Of a stretch of DNA of 64,000 bases, positions 37,646 through 49,550 are shown in pieces. The translations under genes were made by a program, and so were the position numbers. Each line of letters begins with the position of its first letter. Position 1 is the stretch's first letter. This stretch comes from Rebecca billardiae RCC1528 (lineage: Eukaryota; Protista; Haptophyta): positions 682,001 to 746,000 of the forward strand of contig OZ251243.1 of assembly GCA_965240325.2 (NCBI GenBank), in the 5' to 3' direction. Below the pieces are notes generated by a model, which was given only the letters and a program-made list of their open reading frames with translations, did no database searches and had not been told where the DNA came from.

Positions 37646-38002
37646 ATTTAGTCGTCGTGCTATATTATGCAATACCCGGTCCCGCCATTGGACTTCATCG
37701 GCACTTAACTCCGTGCAGTGTGGCGACGAGTGCGCTTCGACGAGGAGTGTCAGACGACAGTCTCAGCTCACAGATGGCGCCGGCGGTTCCGGTCGTCGCC
37801 AGCGTGGCCCCGACGGTGCGATCGGGCCGCAGGAACTTGCCGCGTCGCGAGTGTAGCGGTCCGCAGTCGAGCACAGTCGCGCATGGTCGCCTGATCGTCA
37901 CCCTGCGGCAGATGCCGCGGCATCCCGGGCGCGCGCATCGCCGGCTCTGGCTCAGCAGCACGCCCCGCGCGAGAGCCGCAGGGCGGCAGTGTGCCGAGGC
38001 GC

Positions 38003-38708
38003 CTACGCGCGGAACCAGCCCTTGCCCTCGTTCCAGTAGATCTTCCCGCTTACGCTGCCGAACGAGTCGTTCGACGTGGGCGATCGCCTGCGCGCCGGGC
38101 GCACCGCGGCGCGTGCGGGCGGACGCGGACGCGGACGCTCGCGTCAGCTGCAACGCAGCCAGCGCGGGGCCGGGGCGCAGTCGGTGCCTTGCGTCTGTCG
38201 CGCACCTGAGGTCACCGCTCACAGACGCCGGCGGCGGCGGGGCAGCCGCCGCCGCGGGCGCGGCCGGAGGCGGCGGCGCGGCAGCAGCCGGCGCCGACGG
38301 CGCCGCGGCGGGTGGCGGCGGCGGCGGCGGCGCTGCGGCGGCTGGTGCCGCCGCGGCGGCAGGCGCAGCAAAGTCCTTGAACGCGGCAACGTCACCGGCG
38401 TCGTCAACCATCACGACGACTGGCGTGCCCACAGGGATGTCCTGCGTGCCGGCGGGCACGAGGATTTTTGCCACAACGCCATCGTCGATCGACTCGAAGT
38501 CCACCGTCGCCTTGTCCGTCTCCACCTCCGCGAGCTTGTCACCAGCCGCAACGCTGTCGCCCTCCTTCAGCGTCCACGCGACGATGTTGCCCTGGGTCAT
38601 GGTCGGCGACAGCGCGGGCATGTCGAGCACCTTATGAGACGGGAGCGAGAGCCTCCTCACGAACATGGCCGGGCCGATGCGCCCAAGCGCCGCGCGCGCG
38701 AGCATCAT
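38003..38708 (-). CDS. Mitochondrial stand-alone lipoyl-domain protein (PDH E2/E3BP-type lipoyl domain only), 2 exons
   Basis: Presequence MMLARAALGRIG; MPALSPTMTQGNI..EVETDKATVDFES (lipoyl-Lys); Ala/Pro linker; intron 38088-38205 (GTGCGC..GCGCAG); short tail ending YWNEGKGWFRA*. 195 aa as spliced. Confidence 0.75.
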
Positions 38709-38859
38709 GCTTTCCCGCTGTGTGCGTCGACGCCGAGACCGCGAAAGGGACCGCCGAGCGCGCCGACGAATCGCGAGTCCGGGTGCCGCTTCACGTGGCC
38801 CCCAAGCTGAAAGCGGGCAAGCGGCGGGCCACGCGGGATCAGGCTCGAGGCCGCCAGCC

Positions 38860-39450
38860 ATGCTGTGCCGCCGCTTCCTCAGCTCGGGCGCGGCCGAGCT
38901 TGTGCGGCAGCAAGCGCGGCTGCGTGCGCGGCTCGACCAGCCCCCGCGCGTGGCGGGTGCGGACGTGCAGGGCCTGTGGCGCAAGATGCTGCTGCGAGAT
39001 GACATGCGCCAGGTCCGGGAGAGCGTGACGGAGGGCCTGCTCGGCGCGCTGCGATCACCCTCGGCTGAGGCCGGCATGCTCTCCGGCGAGGCGCTCGCCG
39101 CCGCGGTGCCGCAGGCGGTGCCGCGCGCGCTGCGCCTGGTATGGCAGCGTGAGCAGAAGTGGCTCGCGCTGCGCCGGCGAGGCCACCGCTTGCCAGAGCG
39201 TGTCGCTCAGCTGCACGCGCGAGAGCCCAAGCTGGCACGCATGCTGGCCTCATTCTGCGCTCGCGTTGATCGTCCGGCGGCGGGCGTCAACCCGCTCTTC
39301 GGTGAGGCCACGTTGCGGGCAGCCGTGCCGACGAAGCGGCGCGCACCGCCTCGCGACGCCGATGCGGCCTACAGGCGGCAGCTGTACGCGCAGGCGAAGG
39401 ACAATCTGCGCTTCCTCATCAGCCGGGCGGCGACGCGAGGCGGCGCGTGA
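38860..39450 (+). CDS. Hypothetical protein, possible mitochondrial presequence
   Basis: MLCRRFLSSGAAEL.. 196-aa ORF with host-like GC3, divergent from the lipoyl gene across ~150 bp. Confidence 0.6.
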   Translation: MLCRRFLSSGAAELVRQQARLRARLDQPPRVAGADVQGLWRKMLLRDDMRQVRESVTEGLLGALRSPSAEAGMLSGEALAAAVPQAVPRALRLVWQREQKWLALRRRGHRLPERVAQLHAREPKLARMLASFCARVDRPAAGVNPLFGEATLRAAVPTKRRAPPRDADAAYRRQLYAQAKDNLRFLISRAATRGGA

Positions 39451-40065
39451 GGTCCCGCGCGGCATGTGGGCGGCGAGCAGCGGCGCACCTAATGTGGCCA
39501 GCGAGCGCGAGCAGCACGCCCGCGCGCTTGGCTGCGCGCACGCACTCCGTGAACGACCTGAGAGGCGCCCGCAGCATACGGCGAGGCGCGGTGCATCGCG
39601 GCGGGTCTCAAGTCAATCAATCCTATCGATCTATCACAGTATTCTGATTGGTGGCGTGCCGCGCACCTGCTGGCCGGAGGCACCCCCGTTGCACCGGACA
39701 GGCGGCGGGCAGTGCAAGCTCTGACCTCACTCCTCAGAGTCCGCCCGAGTCCGATGAGCGATGGTCCGCTGATCTGTGATCACTACTGATTATAATATTA
39801 TAATATAGAATACGATCATATTGGCATTACCGCATTACGGCCCGGCGTCTAAACACTAAACAGTCTGATCGGGATTCGGCGGTCCCGCGAGGCCCGCACC
39901 GTAGGCGTAGCCGGCCCCCCGGGCGTAGCCGTACGGGCGACCACTTAGCACTGATGACCAGGCCCGGCGGGGAGGCCGGGCAGACCGTCTGACTATCAAT
40001 GTGACAATATGATAAATTGATAATCATCCAATCCGGAGCCGCGGTCAACAGACCCAGCAGCAGCA

Positions 40066-41051
40066 GGCTCTGGCGGTCACTGTCCGGGACGTCCAGCAGG
40101 GGTGCATTTAACCATTTGGGGGGGTCTGGGGGGGGGGCTCCCCCCAGCCCATCGAAGGACCAAATACGCCTCAATAGGGGCCCAACTCGCCAGATTTGCA
40201 TGGGCGCAGACTGCCGCAAATGCTGCGCTGAGCCTGAGGGCCGGAGCCGTGCAGCGGCGTCGATTGACAGCGTCAGCTGTGCGCCGCCTCGCGACGACCA
40301 TGCGACGCCTCGCACAAAGCCCTGATCTCGGCGTCTCCCTCGCTAGTCAAGACGTAGCGTAGTGCTGGATCGAGCGACGCATTGACCGCCGCCGCGGCCG
40401 CCGCACCTCGGCGCGCTCGCGAACTCGCTGAGCCGTCAGCCAAGCGCGAGCTCGTGCGCACGCCCGCGCCTCCGCGAGCTGACGGCACGGCCCGGGGCGC
40501 GAGCAGCTCGACGCCGACAGCGCGCAGCTCGCTCGAGTTGACGCGCAGCTTCTCGCCCGGCGGCGACTCCCAGTGGCGGCAACCATCGGACGTGCTTCGG
40601 GCAACGGCAATCCGTATGGCCAGGGCAAGCCAGGGTCACCGTGTACCTGCGCTCGTTGGGAGATGCGCGCGCATTGTCCCACCCACGCGAGCGCGTCAGC
40701 GAGCCCGTCGTCATCGGATGGTCCTCTATCTGCTTGGCCAGCTGACGTCTCCGCGCGCCGGGCGCGGCTGCGACATCACCCGACATGGCCGCAGCTCACC
40801 GTTGGAGTCCGGGAACTTGAAAAAAAAAGTTCAGCACGATGGAGTCCTCCGTGTTCGACGTGACGACGCCTTCGAACACGTCGAGGCGTGAGAAGACGTC
40901 GATTACTTCGATGAGGACTACGTTACAGTACTTCGTCCGCCGCCCCGGAGATCTTTCGATTGGTACCCTCATCGCTCCCTGGCTCCCAGGGGTTCGACTA
41001 AATGCACCCCCCCCATAGGGTCAGTGGACGTCCCTGACTGTGGCTGGAGCC
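40066..41051 (+). mobile_element. ~0.98-kb non-autonomous TIR element, copy 1, 4-bp TSD AGCA
   Basis: Imperfect TIR GGCTC..CAC.GTC.GGGACGTCCA plus inner GGGGTGCATTTA; AGCA at 40062-65 and 41052-55. Confidence 0.85.
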
Positions 41052-42253
41052 AGCAGCCTGCTGGCACTAGCTAGTGAACATGACTGATGAGTCCTAATGA
41101 CTACTCCTGTACGACGCCTATAAGCTACTACGCGGTCCTAGCCGGTAGGCGCCGCGGGCTGCCCGGCCCCGCGCGGTCGTCCGCCGCAGTCGGCAGTCCG
41201 GACATCCGGTCCGACTCGGCCTCAGCGGGTCAGGCCGGAGGCCGGCCAGAGGTCGGCCTGCAGCTCGGGCAGAGCGCCCGCACCGCCATCTGCGGAGACA
41301 GCACCTGCTCCTTCGCGTCGCGCACGGTGTCGCGGTCGTTTGCTGCGCCTGCTCGGCGCACGCGCGCGTGCGTCACGCAGTGGGGTTTCGCCCAGTGTGT
41401 ATTTTCAGAAAGAACGGCCCGATGTCGTGCGTCCCCAAGCGCATCGGCACGTTCCGCATGCCGAGCCGCTTCGCGTGCGTGTCCAGGAATCAGGATTTCT
41501 GATCTGTCTGGGGTGAGAGCGCTAGCCCGCCGCGGGGCCCGCCGCACCTCTTCGCCGCGTTGAATCGGCGTTTGCGCACAGTGCCCTTCTGCTCCGCCTC
41601 ACCCACGGTTGGCAAGGCGTCACGGTTGGTTGCCCGTCGTCCGCGCGCGCCAATTCTTCGGTATGGGTGCGGTTGCCCGCCTCAGGCAAGCCGCAAGGCG
41701 GTTGCAGGCTGCGACGTCGCAGTGGCACTCGGTCTCGCGTCGGAGTGAGCGCGCCGGGCTGCGCGCCGTGTGTCTCGCCCTCGTGGCTCTGATTGATGAC
41801 ATTTGACTTCGCCCCGGTCGAGTGACTAGACCGGACGGTGGACAGACACTCTCGATACCGCCCTTGCTCTCGAGATCTCTCTCTCTCTCTCACTCTCTCA
41901 TCACTCACTCACTCTCACACGGATCATCCAGTGATGATATCGCGCAGTGTCAATGTGATGCTGGCCGCCATCGGTGATGGCGATGCCTGTGATGATGCCA
42001 GCAGACTCTGACACGGCTTCTCCGTTCTCGTCCGCGATCCGCATGGGAGAGTCGAGAGGCCGAGAGGGGTGCAGCACGGGCTGGCAGTTCACAGGCAGCA
42101 CTGACTCACTCCGCGCAGCTGGCGCACTTTAGACCGTCTCAGCGATCGCCGACGTCCCCCGTAGGCCCCCAAGTGCCTCCGCTGGCGTCGACGGTTCGCA
42201 GCAATCCAACCCTCGTCGCATTTCTTGCTAACTGCTGTGACGTCGCGCAAAGC

Positions 42254-43063
42254 TCAACGAAGCGCGCTCCGCGCTGCCTCTGCGGCGTCGCGCAGGATCT
42301 TCCTGCGCTCGTTCGGGTCCGGGGTGTAGTGGTACCGTGCCTGCAAATCGCCATAGCGATGCTCTGCGCCGAGGGTGAAGAGATCCGTGACTCGTAGCAG
42401 GCCGTCCCAACTCTCCTGCTCTGGGCAGCTGCCCCACTTCGACATCACTTGCTGCTGACCCTCAGCGACTGCGCGCAGCTCCTCCTCAGGGCACGGGCAC
42501 GCCGGCTCAGCAGGCGGGTGCGCGGGCTTGAGAGCGGCCCATTGGATGTCCGGGAAGACGAGAACGGCACGGAATGCGAACCAAGGCCCGTAGGTTGGGT
42601 GCAGGCTGAACTTGCTGTGCTCCGCGTCGTAGTACGCCATGCCGCATAGGTGGCCCACTGTGTGCACCGAGCAGCAGCGGCCATGAGACTCCACTGTCTC
42701 AAAGGCGTACACGACTTCGCAGCGAGAGGAAGGGGCGACGACCTGGAGCGCTCCCTCGATCACTTGCTTCGTGTACTCATCGAGCGGGTCCGCGTGCTCG
42801 ATCACGGCCGATCCCTCCGGTGTGGACAGGTGCATCGCAAACGCATCCCACATGGCCCGAGTGTTCCCGATAACGACTGCGAGGGCGTCGTCATTGCCGC
42901 CTGGCAAGCGCAGCTCGGGCTTGTCGGCGATCTGATGGAAGCGGTTGTAGTCCCCCACGCAAAGAATCGCCGAAAGGTCGAAGCCGCGCTGCGTGCAATG
43001 CTGCGTGAGCTTGCTCACCATGCCCTCTGTCCAGTCACGGCCCCCCTCGTCGTTCGCCGCCAT
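42254..43063 (-). CDS. MMACHC: MMACHC/CblC-like cobalamin-processing protein
   Basis: LAVVIGNTRAMW, DPLDEY, GHLCGMAYY, SLHPTYGPWFAFRAVLVF and terminal YGDLQARYHY motifs typical of the family; intronless. Confidence 0.85.
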   Translation of the reverse strand: MAANDEGGRDWTEGMVSKLTQHCTQRGFDLSAILCVGDYNRFHQIADKPELRLPGGNDDALAVVIGNTRAMWDAFAMHLSTPEGSAVIEHADPLDEYTKQVIEGALQVVAPSSRCEVVYAFETVESHGRCCSVHTVGHLCGMAYYDAEHSKFSLHPTYGPWFAFRAVLVFPDIQWAALKPAHPPAEPACPCPEEELRAVAEGQQQVMSKWGSCPEQESWDGLLRVTDLFTLGAEHRYGDLQARYHYTPDPNERRKILRDAAEAARSALR

Positions 43064-43106
43064 CGTGCTGGCTCAGACTCATTCTACTACTATGATTTAA
43101 CGACTA

Positions 43107-43580
43107 CAGTTTGCTATGATTTAACGTGCACACTTGGTTAAGGCGTGATTGACGCCATCCAACACTGCACAAAGACACCGCCACAAAACAAGTAAGAATA
43201 CTGAGGGCCAGGCCTTCTGTGTGATAAGCTACCCCAGTCATGCCGCTTGATACACGCCTTCCCCAACCGACAGTGGTCAGGGCTCCACGTTCCATACTAC
43301 TACATCCTGTCCGCGTGCTGTTGCATCGGCGCCCGGTCGGCGAGTTCGGACGACGACGTTTTGTGGACGACGGTGGGGCGAGGACGACGGGCGCTGGCGC
43401 GCCGCGAGGCGGCCGCAGCCCTCATTGACGGGCCTCATCCAGGCCTCGCAGGCGGACGGCTGAACGAATTTTCCGGCGGCGCAGCCATCGGCGACGGCTT
43501 CATGGGCGGTGACAGTTTGAGTTGGCGGGCGTCGATCTCGCCTGCCTGAGCTGTGTGCGTCTCTTATTCTTAGTAAACTG
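43107..43580. mobile_element. TA-flanked MITE with CAGTTT(A/G)CTA termini (Tc1/mariner-like)
   Basis: TA|CAGTTTGCTATG on the left and CTTAGTAAACTG|TA on the right. Further copies of the right end start at 43650 (inverted, ~180 bp) and 44026. Confidence 0.65.
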
Positions 43581-44445
43581 TAAGAGACGCACACAGCTTT
43601 ATATGATAGGCAGGCGACAGTCGGACTGAACTTGGTCGATTGCCCGGTACAGTTTACGACTAAGAAGGTCAGAAGGAATAAGAGACGCACACAGCTCAGG
43701 CAGGCGAGTCCGAGATTGACGCCCGCCAACTGTCACCGCCCATGAAGCCGTCGCCGATGGTAGCGCCGTCGGAAGATTCATATTTCATTCAGCCGCCCGC
43801 CTGCGAGGCCTGGATGAGGGCTGCGGCCGCCTCACCCGCATAGATACGGTGTACTCATTTGATGATTTAACGCCGACACAGGTCCTGACTCCCTCACACG
43901 CAGGTAGGACGGCGCATCAGGATTCAGGCGGTCCGTCCCGCCAGCCCCGGTGATTACTGATTTATTGTCGTCGCGGTAAGCTAGTGCCCGATCGTCGACA
44001 CGAAGACTGTAGTACACTAGCAGTACAGTTTATACTAAGAATAAGAGACGCACACAGCTCAGGCAGGCGAGACCCTCACTATCATACCGATTGCCATTTA
44101 TGAAGTATTATATATATATTCATAATCACAGTCACAGAACACCGTACTTCACTCGTAAATCAATATGCTCCATACCGCCTATAGTTACAGTACTCACTCA
44201 GTAGCCTGCTGGCCTACTGGCACTGCCCGTTATAACTCAAATTGCAGCAGTCAGCGGTACCGACTTAGACCGTAAGTCTAAGACTACCGAGTCCGGGAAC
44301 GGTATAATACTAATAGTGATGTGTATATCAATATTACATATATAGTTATTGATATATATATATATATATAATACCTTGTCACGGACGCGGGCGTGTAGCG
44401 CCCGGTGTTGCCGAGTCGGCCGGGGCTACTACTCACAGTCTAGTA

Positions 44446-45416
44446 GGCTCCAGCCACAGTCAGGGACGTCCACTGACCCTATGGGGGGGGTGCATTTAGT
44501 CGAACCCCTGGGAGCCAGGGAGCGATGAGGGTACCAATCGAAAGATCTCCGGGGCGGCGGACGAAGTAACGTAGTCCTCATCGAAGTAATCGACGTCTTC
44601 TCACGCCTCGACGTGTTCGAAGGCCTCGTCACGTCGAACACGGAGGACTCCATCGTGCTGAACTTTTTTTTCCAAGTTCCCGGACTCCAACGGTGAGCTG
44701 CGGCCATGTCGGGTGTCGCAGCCGCGCCCGGCGCGCGGAGACGTCAGCTGGCCAAGCAGATAGAGGACCATCCGATGACGACGGGCTCGCTGACGCGCTC
44801 GCGTGGGTGGGACAATGCGCGTGCATCTCCCAACGAGCGCAGGTACACGGTGACCCTGGCTTGCCCTGGCCATACGGATTGCCGTTGCCCGAAGCACGTC
44901 ATGGTTGCCGCCACTGGGAGTCGCCGCCGGGCGAGAAGCTGCGCGTCAACTCGAGCGAGCTGCGCGCTGTCGGCGTCGAGCTGCTCGCGCCCCGGGCCGT
45001 GCCGTCAGCTCGCGGAGGCGCGGGCGTGCGCACGAGCTCGCGCTTGGCTGACGGCTCAGCGAGTTCGCGAGCGCGCCGAGGTGCGGCGGCCGCGGCGGCG
45101 GTCAATGCGTCGCTCGATCCAGCACTACGCTACGTCTTGACTAGCGAGGGAGACGCCGAGATCAGGGCTTTGTGCGAGGCGTCGCATGGTCGTCGCGAGG
45201 CGGCGCACAGCTGACGCTGTCAATCGACGCCGCTGCACGGCTCCGGCCTTCAGGCTCAGCGCAGCATTTGCGGCAGTCTGCGCCCATGCAAATCTGGCGA
45301 GTTGGGCCCCTATTGAGGCGTATTTGGTCCTTCGATGGGCTGGGGGGAGCCCCCCCCAGACCCCCCCAAATGGTTAAATGCACCCCTGCTGGACGTCCCG
45401 GACAGTGACCAGAGCC
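44446..45416 (-). mobile_element. ~0.97-kb non-autonomous TIR element, copy 2 (inverted), 4-bp TSD AGTA
   Basis: Reverse complement of 40066-41051 with few differences; AGTA at 44442-45 and 45417-20. Confidence 0.85.
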
Positions 45417-45789
45417 AGTACTACTAGTCCGTGTAGCCGTACTAGCTATAGTACTAGTAGCTACCGCTGTTGACTCAGGAACACTGCGTGCACTGAGCAC
45501 TCACTCCGTCATCCGTGGGCGTGAGGCCGGAGGCTGCGTTACGACCGTCGACCATTCACATTGGTGCCCCACTGGCCACTAGGCGGCCAGACGGCACGCC
45601 CGGCCGCTCTCCAGCTCGGCCCGGTCGGGCCAAGTGCAAGCCCAAGGTCGGGCGGGAAGGCTGGATCGAAGTCACGTGGCCGCAGTCTCGGCAGTCATCA
45701 CGTCGTGGCCATGATCATGGTGCAGCGACACTTCATGCGGTTCAAGAGCCCGCCGCCATCGGGTGGCGGAGTGTGGTCGAGGGCCCGGC

Positions 45790-46635
45790 TCACCCGCCAT
45801 CGGGGAACGGGTACACGGCGCCACCGCCGCGCCCGCCGCATGCTTTGCACGTCGCGACACCGTCGACGCAGCCCGCCGGGCATGGCCTGCGGCTCGCAGC
45901 CTGCTGCAGCTCGCGCCCGCTCAGCCACCCCGAGTGCCACCGCGTGCGGTCGCGCAGCTCGGCTAGAGGCACCCATGCGGTCCTGCCGTCGCCCGTGCCC
46001 TTGCTGCTGACGGCCGCGACCTGCGCGTACACTCGCTTCGCCTTGAAGCCGAGCTTGAGTACCGTGACCAGTAGCCGGCTGTTGCCGCCCCCATCGTCCT
46101 CGCCGCTCGCGCCGTCGTGCATGGTCACGCGCGTCCACCTGGAGCCGATGATCTGCGCCGGGAGGGGGTTGTGCTTGTGATACCCCCCCAGCGCGAGCTG
46201 CCCCTTCCCCAGGCACACCGTGCACGCCACCTGGCCCGTCGAGTCGCACTCCTCGCACACCGCCTCCGCGCGCGCCACCTCGAGCAGGCTCTCAATCTTC
46301 TCCGCCGATGGCGTGTGCGCGGCGGGGCGGAGATCGGGCTCATACGCCTGACGCAGCGAGCGCCGGAGCTCGGGCTCGTGTGCGCTGCCAGAGACGCTGC
46401 GCGGAATCGTGCTCGCGTACGCGCGGTGCAGCTCCGAGCGCAACTTGGCTGTGGATTCGCCCCGCGCGCCCTTGCGTGCATGCGCGCGCGTCGACGACTC
46501 CGTCGACATGCCGGCGTGCACGCGAGCGGGTCGATGCAAGCGCACATGCGATACGCTCGTCGGCGCACAGCGGTGCCCACCCACGACAAGTGCAGGCACG
46601 AGCAGCACCGCGAGCGTCTCGGACGCGCGCATCAT
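45790..46635 (-). CDS. DnaJ-type zinc-finger protein with Trp-rich (TIGR02450-like) domain, probably plastid-targeted
   Basis: Signal plus transit-like N-terminus; CEECDSTG, CTVCLGKG, then NP..IIGSRWT..WVPLAELRDRTRWHSGW, then CPAGCVDG, CKACGGRG. Confidence 0.7.
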   Translation of the reverse strand: MMRASETLAVLLVPALVVGGHRCAPTSVSHVRLHRPARVHAGMSTESSTRAHARKGARGESTAKLRSELHRAYASTIPRSVSGSAHEPELRRSLRQAYEPDLRPAAHTPSAEKIESLLEVARAEAVCEECDSTGQVACTVCLGKGQLALGGYHKHNPLPAQIIGSRWTRVTMHDGASGEDDGGGNSRLLVTVLKLGFKAKRVYAQVAAVSSKGTGDGRTAWVPLAELRDRTRWHSGWLSGRELQQAASRRPCPAGCVDGVATCKACGGRGGGAVYPFPDGG

Positions 46636-47394
46636 GCGCCGATTAGCGCGGCGAAGAGCCCGCCACCGCCTTTGGACCAACGGGCCACCAGGTCACCCGG
46701 GGTGACGTCCCGCCGCCGCCGGCCGTCGCCGGGCGGCCGCCGGCGGCGGGGCGCAGCGTCAATTTCAAATGCTGACCGAACGGGCATCGAGCTGCGAACA
46801 AAGCGCCGTCGTCCGTCGGGCTGCCGATGACGATTCACGATTTCACACCAGTCCAAACGCGAGATTCTGCTTGATCGATCTACTCGATCGGGCTGCTGTG
46901 ACGGTTTGTAGGTTGGTCTGTAACTGTGAGTGTAAGTTGCAAGCGACACGCTGCAGCAGGAACACAGCAGCGAGAAACAGCACCATATCGGATATCCATG
47001 GATACTGTGTGCATGGCACATCGTCGGAAGGGATGAACAGTCGGCGTGGCGGCAGAGCGCACTCACCTAAAGAAGCCACTGTGGCTTACCCGGCCAGGTT
47101 CACTCTGACCGTTGTCATGGGCCGCGTGCTCGGATGCGCGCACTGCGCGCGCGGCCCGTTGCGGCCCACGGCCAGCACTGATGGCACGGTCGAGCATGCG
47201 GCATAGGCTCATGTCGACTGCCCGGCGCGTGTGAAAAGTCAACGCAGAAGGGGCCCGCTCGCCGTGGATGCCCCCCGGCGAGTGACGTTCTTCGTCCTCC
47301 ATCTGAGCGCGCGGCGATCGCGCGTCCACGTGCCCAGCGCCCCCACGCGCCGCCGCGCCGCCACGCTGGAAGGTGCAGCTCGTACTCAGGGCTC

Positions 47395-47856
47395 TTAAAC
47401 TCTGCGCTCCGAGTCGCCGAGTGCGTCAAGCTCCTCGGCCCACGCCGCCACGCGGCCGGTCGCGCCACACGCCGGGCAGGGCACCTTGTTTCGGCCACTG
47501 CACACTCGGCACTGGCACCTGTGCACGTTGTCCCACGCGTCGACCAGAAGCTGGGCGCCAGCGCCCCCGCAGAACGAGCACATGATGGCGCCAGCGCCGG
47601 CGCACCGAGCGCACGTGCGTTGCACGCCCGGGCCCTGGCAGCCGTCGCCAGTCTCCGCACGGATGGCCCAGCCCAGCTGCAATGCCCTGCGCGCACGCCG
47701 GGCTCTGTCCGCTTCACTCGGTGGGTGGGCGGGGCCCGAGCGCCTTAAGATCTCATCCGCCGACGCCATCATGCGCACCCTGCCCGCACCAGCAGCGGTC
47801 GGCGGCGTCGGGCGCACCGCCGCGAGGGTGGAGAGGACGGCCAAGTGCGGAAGCAT
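47395..47856 (-). CDS. Small DnaJ-like zinc-finger protein, probably plastid-targeted
   Basis: MLPHLAVLSTLAAVRP.. presequence; CARCAGAG, CSFCGGAG, CRVCSG and CPACGATG repeats. Confidence 0.75.
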   Translation of the reverse strand: MLPHLAVLSTLAAVRPTPPTAAGAGRVRMMASADEILRRSGPAHPPSEADRARRARRALQLGWAIRAETGDGCQGPGVQRTCARCAGAGAIMCSFCGGAGAQLLVDAWDNVHRCQCRVCSGRNKVPCPACGATGRVAAWAEELDALGDSERRV

Positions 47857-48125
47857 CGCGCGGGCGGAGGCACCGGCGGACCGGCCGCTAACCGGCCTGC
47901 CGCCGCCGCGGAGCTTGCAAGTTGCCGCCCAAGTCCTGCTGAACCCGTGAAAAAACAAAAAATATAAAAGCGGACGCCAATACGCCATCGTTATTGTGAC
48001 GAACGCGGACTTCGTCTTCGTCGTCCAGGACGCACGGGTACCGACTTACCGACTTACCGGTACTGTCCTCCTATTATTAGTAACGCCGCCGCCGCCGCCG
48101 GGTCGTCATCGCGACGTCATCAGCG

Positions 48126-49550
48126 ATGCTCCGCACCGCAGTCGTGGGCGTGCTGCTCGCAGCAAGTGCCGCGTGCGTTGCGCGCGCAGACGCGGTTCCC
48201 GAGGCCTCGCGACCGAGCGCACCGCTCGCTGTGCGCGCGAGGCGCCTCGACGCGCGCGCGAGCAAGCTACAGCTCTGCGGCGGCAGCCTCGGCGCCCGGG
48301 AGCGCGTCCTCGCGCTGCGTGGCGGCGGCCGGAAGCGCAGGGCGATCGAGCCGATCATAGCGCCAGTCGTTGCGTCGTCTGACACGAGCTCTGCCGACGA
48401 GTACCGCGAGGCGATCAAGTGGACGATCATCACGATGACCGCCGCCATTGCGTTTGGGTTTGGGCTCATTCCTTTCAAGGGGAAGCACGCGGCGATGGAC
48501 TACTTTACGGGCTTCCTGATCGAGAAGATCCTGTCAGTGGACAACCTCTTCGTCTTTGTGATGCTCTTCGACTACTTCAAGACGCCCGAGGAGTACCAGC
48601 GCAAGGTGCTCACCATCGGCATCATCTCGGCGATCGTGCTGCGTGGCATCATGATCTCAGTCGGCGTGCAGCTCGTGCAGCGCTTCAGGCCGGTGCTGCT
48701 CGTGTTCGCGGGGATCCTGGTGATCTCCTCGATCAAAGTGCGCGCCCCGCGCCGCGCGCCGCGCGCGAGCTCGAGCCGGGGCCCTCGCCGCGTGACGCCC
48801 GGACTGAGGCGATGCTGAGCACGCCCGCGGCACCGCGCGAACGCTTGACACCGCGCGCGCGCGCGCGCGCACAGATGGCGCGCGAGGCGTTGCACGTGCA
48901 CAGGCAGGGCGAGGCAGAGGAGGAGGAGATGGACGAGAACGCGGTCGTGCGTCTGGCGGGCTCGCTCTTCCCCTCGACGTCGCGCTACGACGGCTCCAAG
49001 TTCTTCACAGTCAAGAACGGCAAACGGTGCGGCGCACAACGCGCGCGCGCGCGCACGCGCGGTGGCCACTGGCTTCCGCCGGCAAGCAGCGCTCGCCACT
49101 GCGACTCACGCCACGCCACGCACGCGCCCACCCGCCCGGCGCGCGCGCGGCAGGTACGCGACGCCGATGCTGATGGTGCTGATCTGCATCGAGCTCTCCG
49201 ACGTCGTCTTCGCCGTCGACTCCATCCCTGCCATCGTCGGGATCACCAAGGACACGTTTGTCGTGTTCACGTCCAACATCTTCGCCATCCTAGGGCTGCG
49301 CAACCTGTACGTGCTGCTCGCCAAGGCGGTGAAGGACCTGGTGTACCTCAAGGCGTCGGTGGCGATCATCCTGGGCTTCGTCGGGCTGAAGATGGTGCTC
49401 GAGTTCACCAGCGTGCACATCTCGTCCGTGCACTCGCTCATCGCGGTGCTCTCCATCCTCTCCGTCGGCGTCGGCGCCAGCCTGTGGGAGAGCAAACGCG
49501 CGGCCGCGCTCGAGAAGGAGAGCAGGCGCAAGCTGCTCGGCGTGTTCTGA
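48126..49550 (+). CDS. terC: TerC-family integral membrane protein, 3 exons
   Basis: YFTGFLIEKILSVDNLFVF, IELSDVVFAVDSIPA, FTSNIFAILGLRNLY; introns 48738-48874 and 49027-49153. Confidence 0.92.

Noticed and set aside
40066-45416. Single composite transposon that captured MMACHC
   Set aside because: Each arm has its own distinct 4-bp TSD (AGCA versus AGTA), so they are independent insertions.
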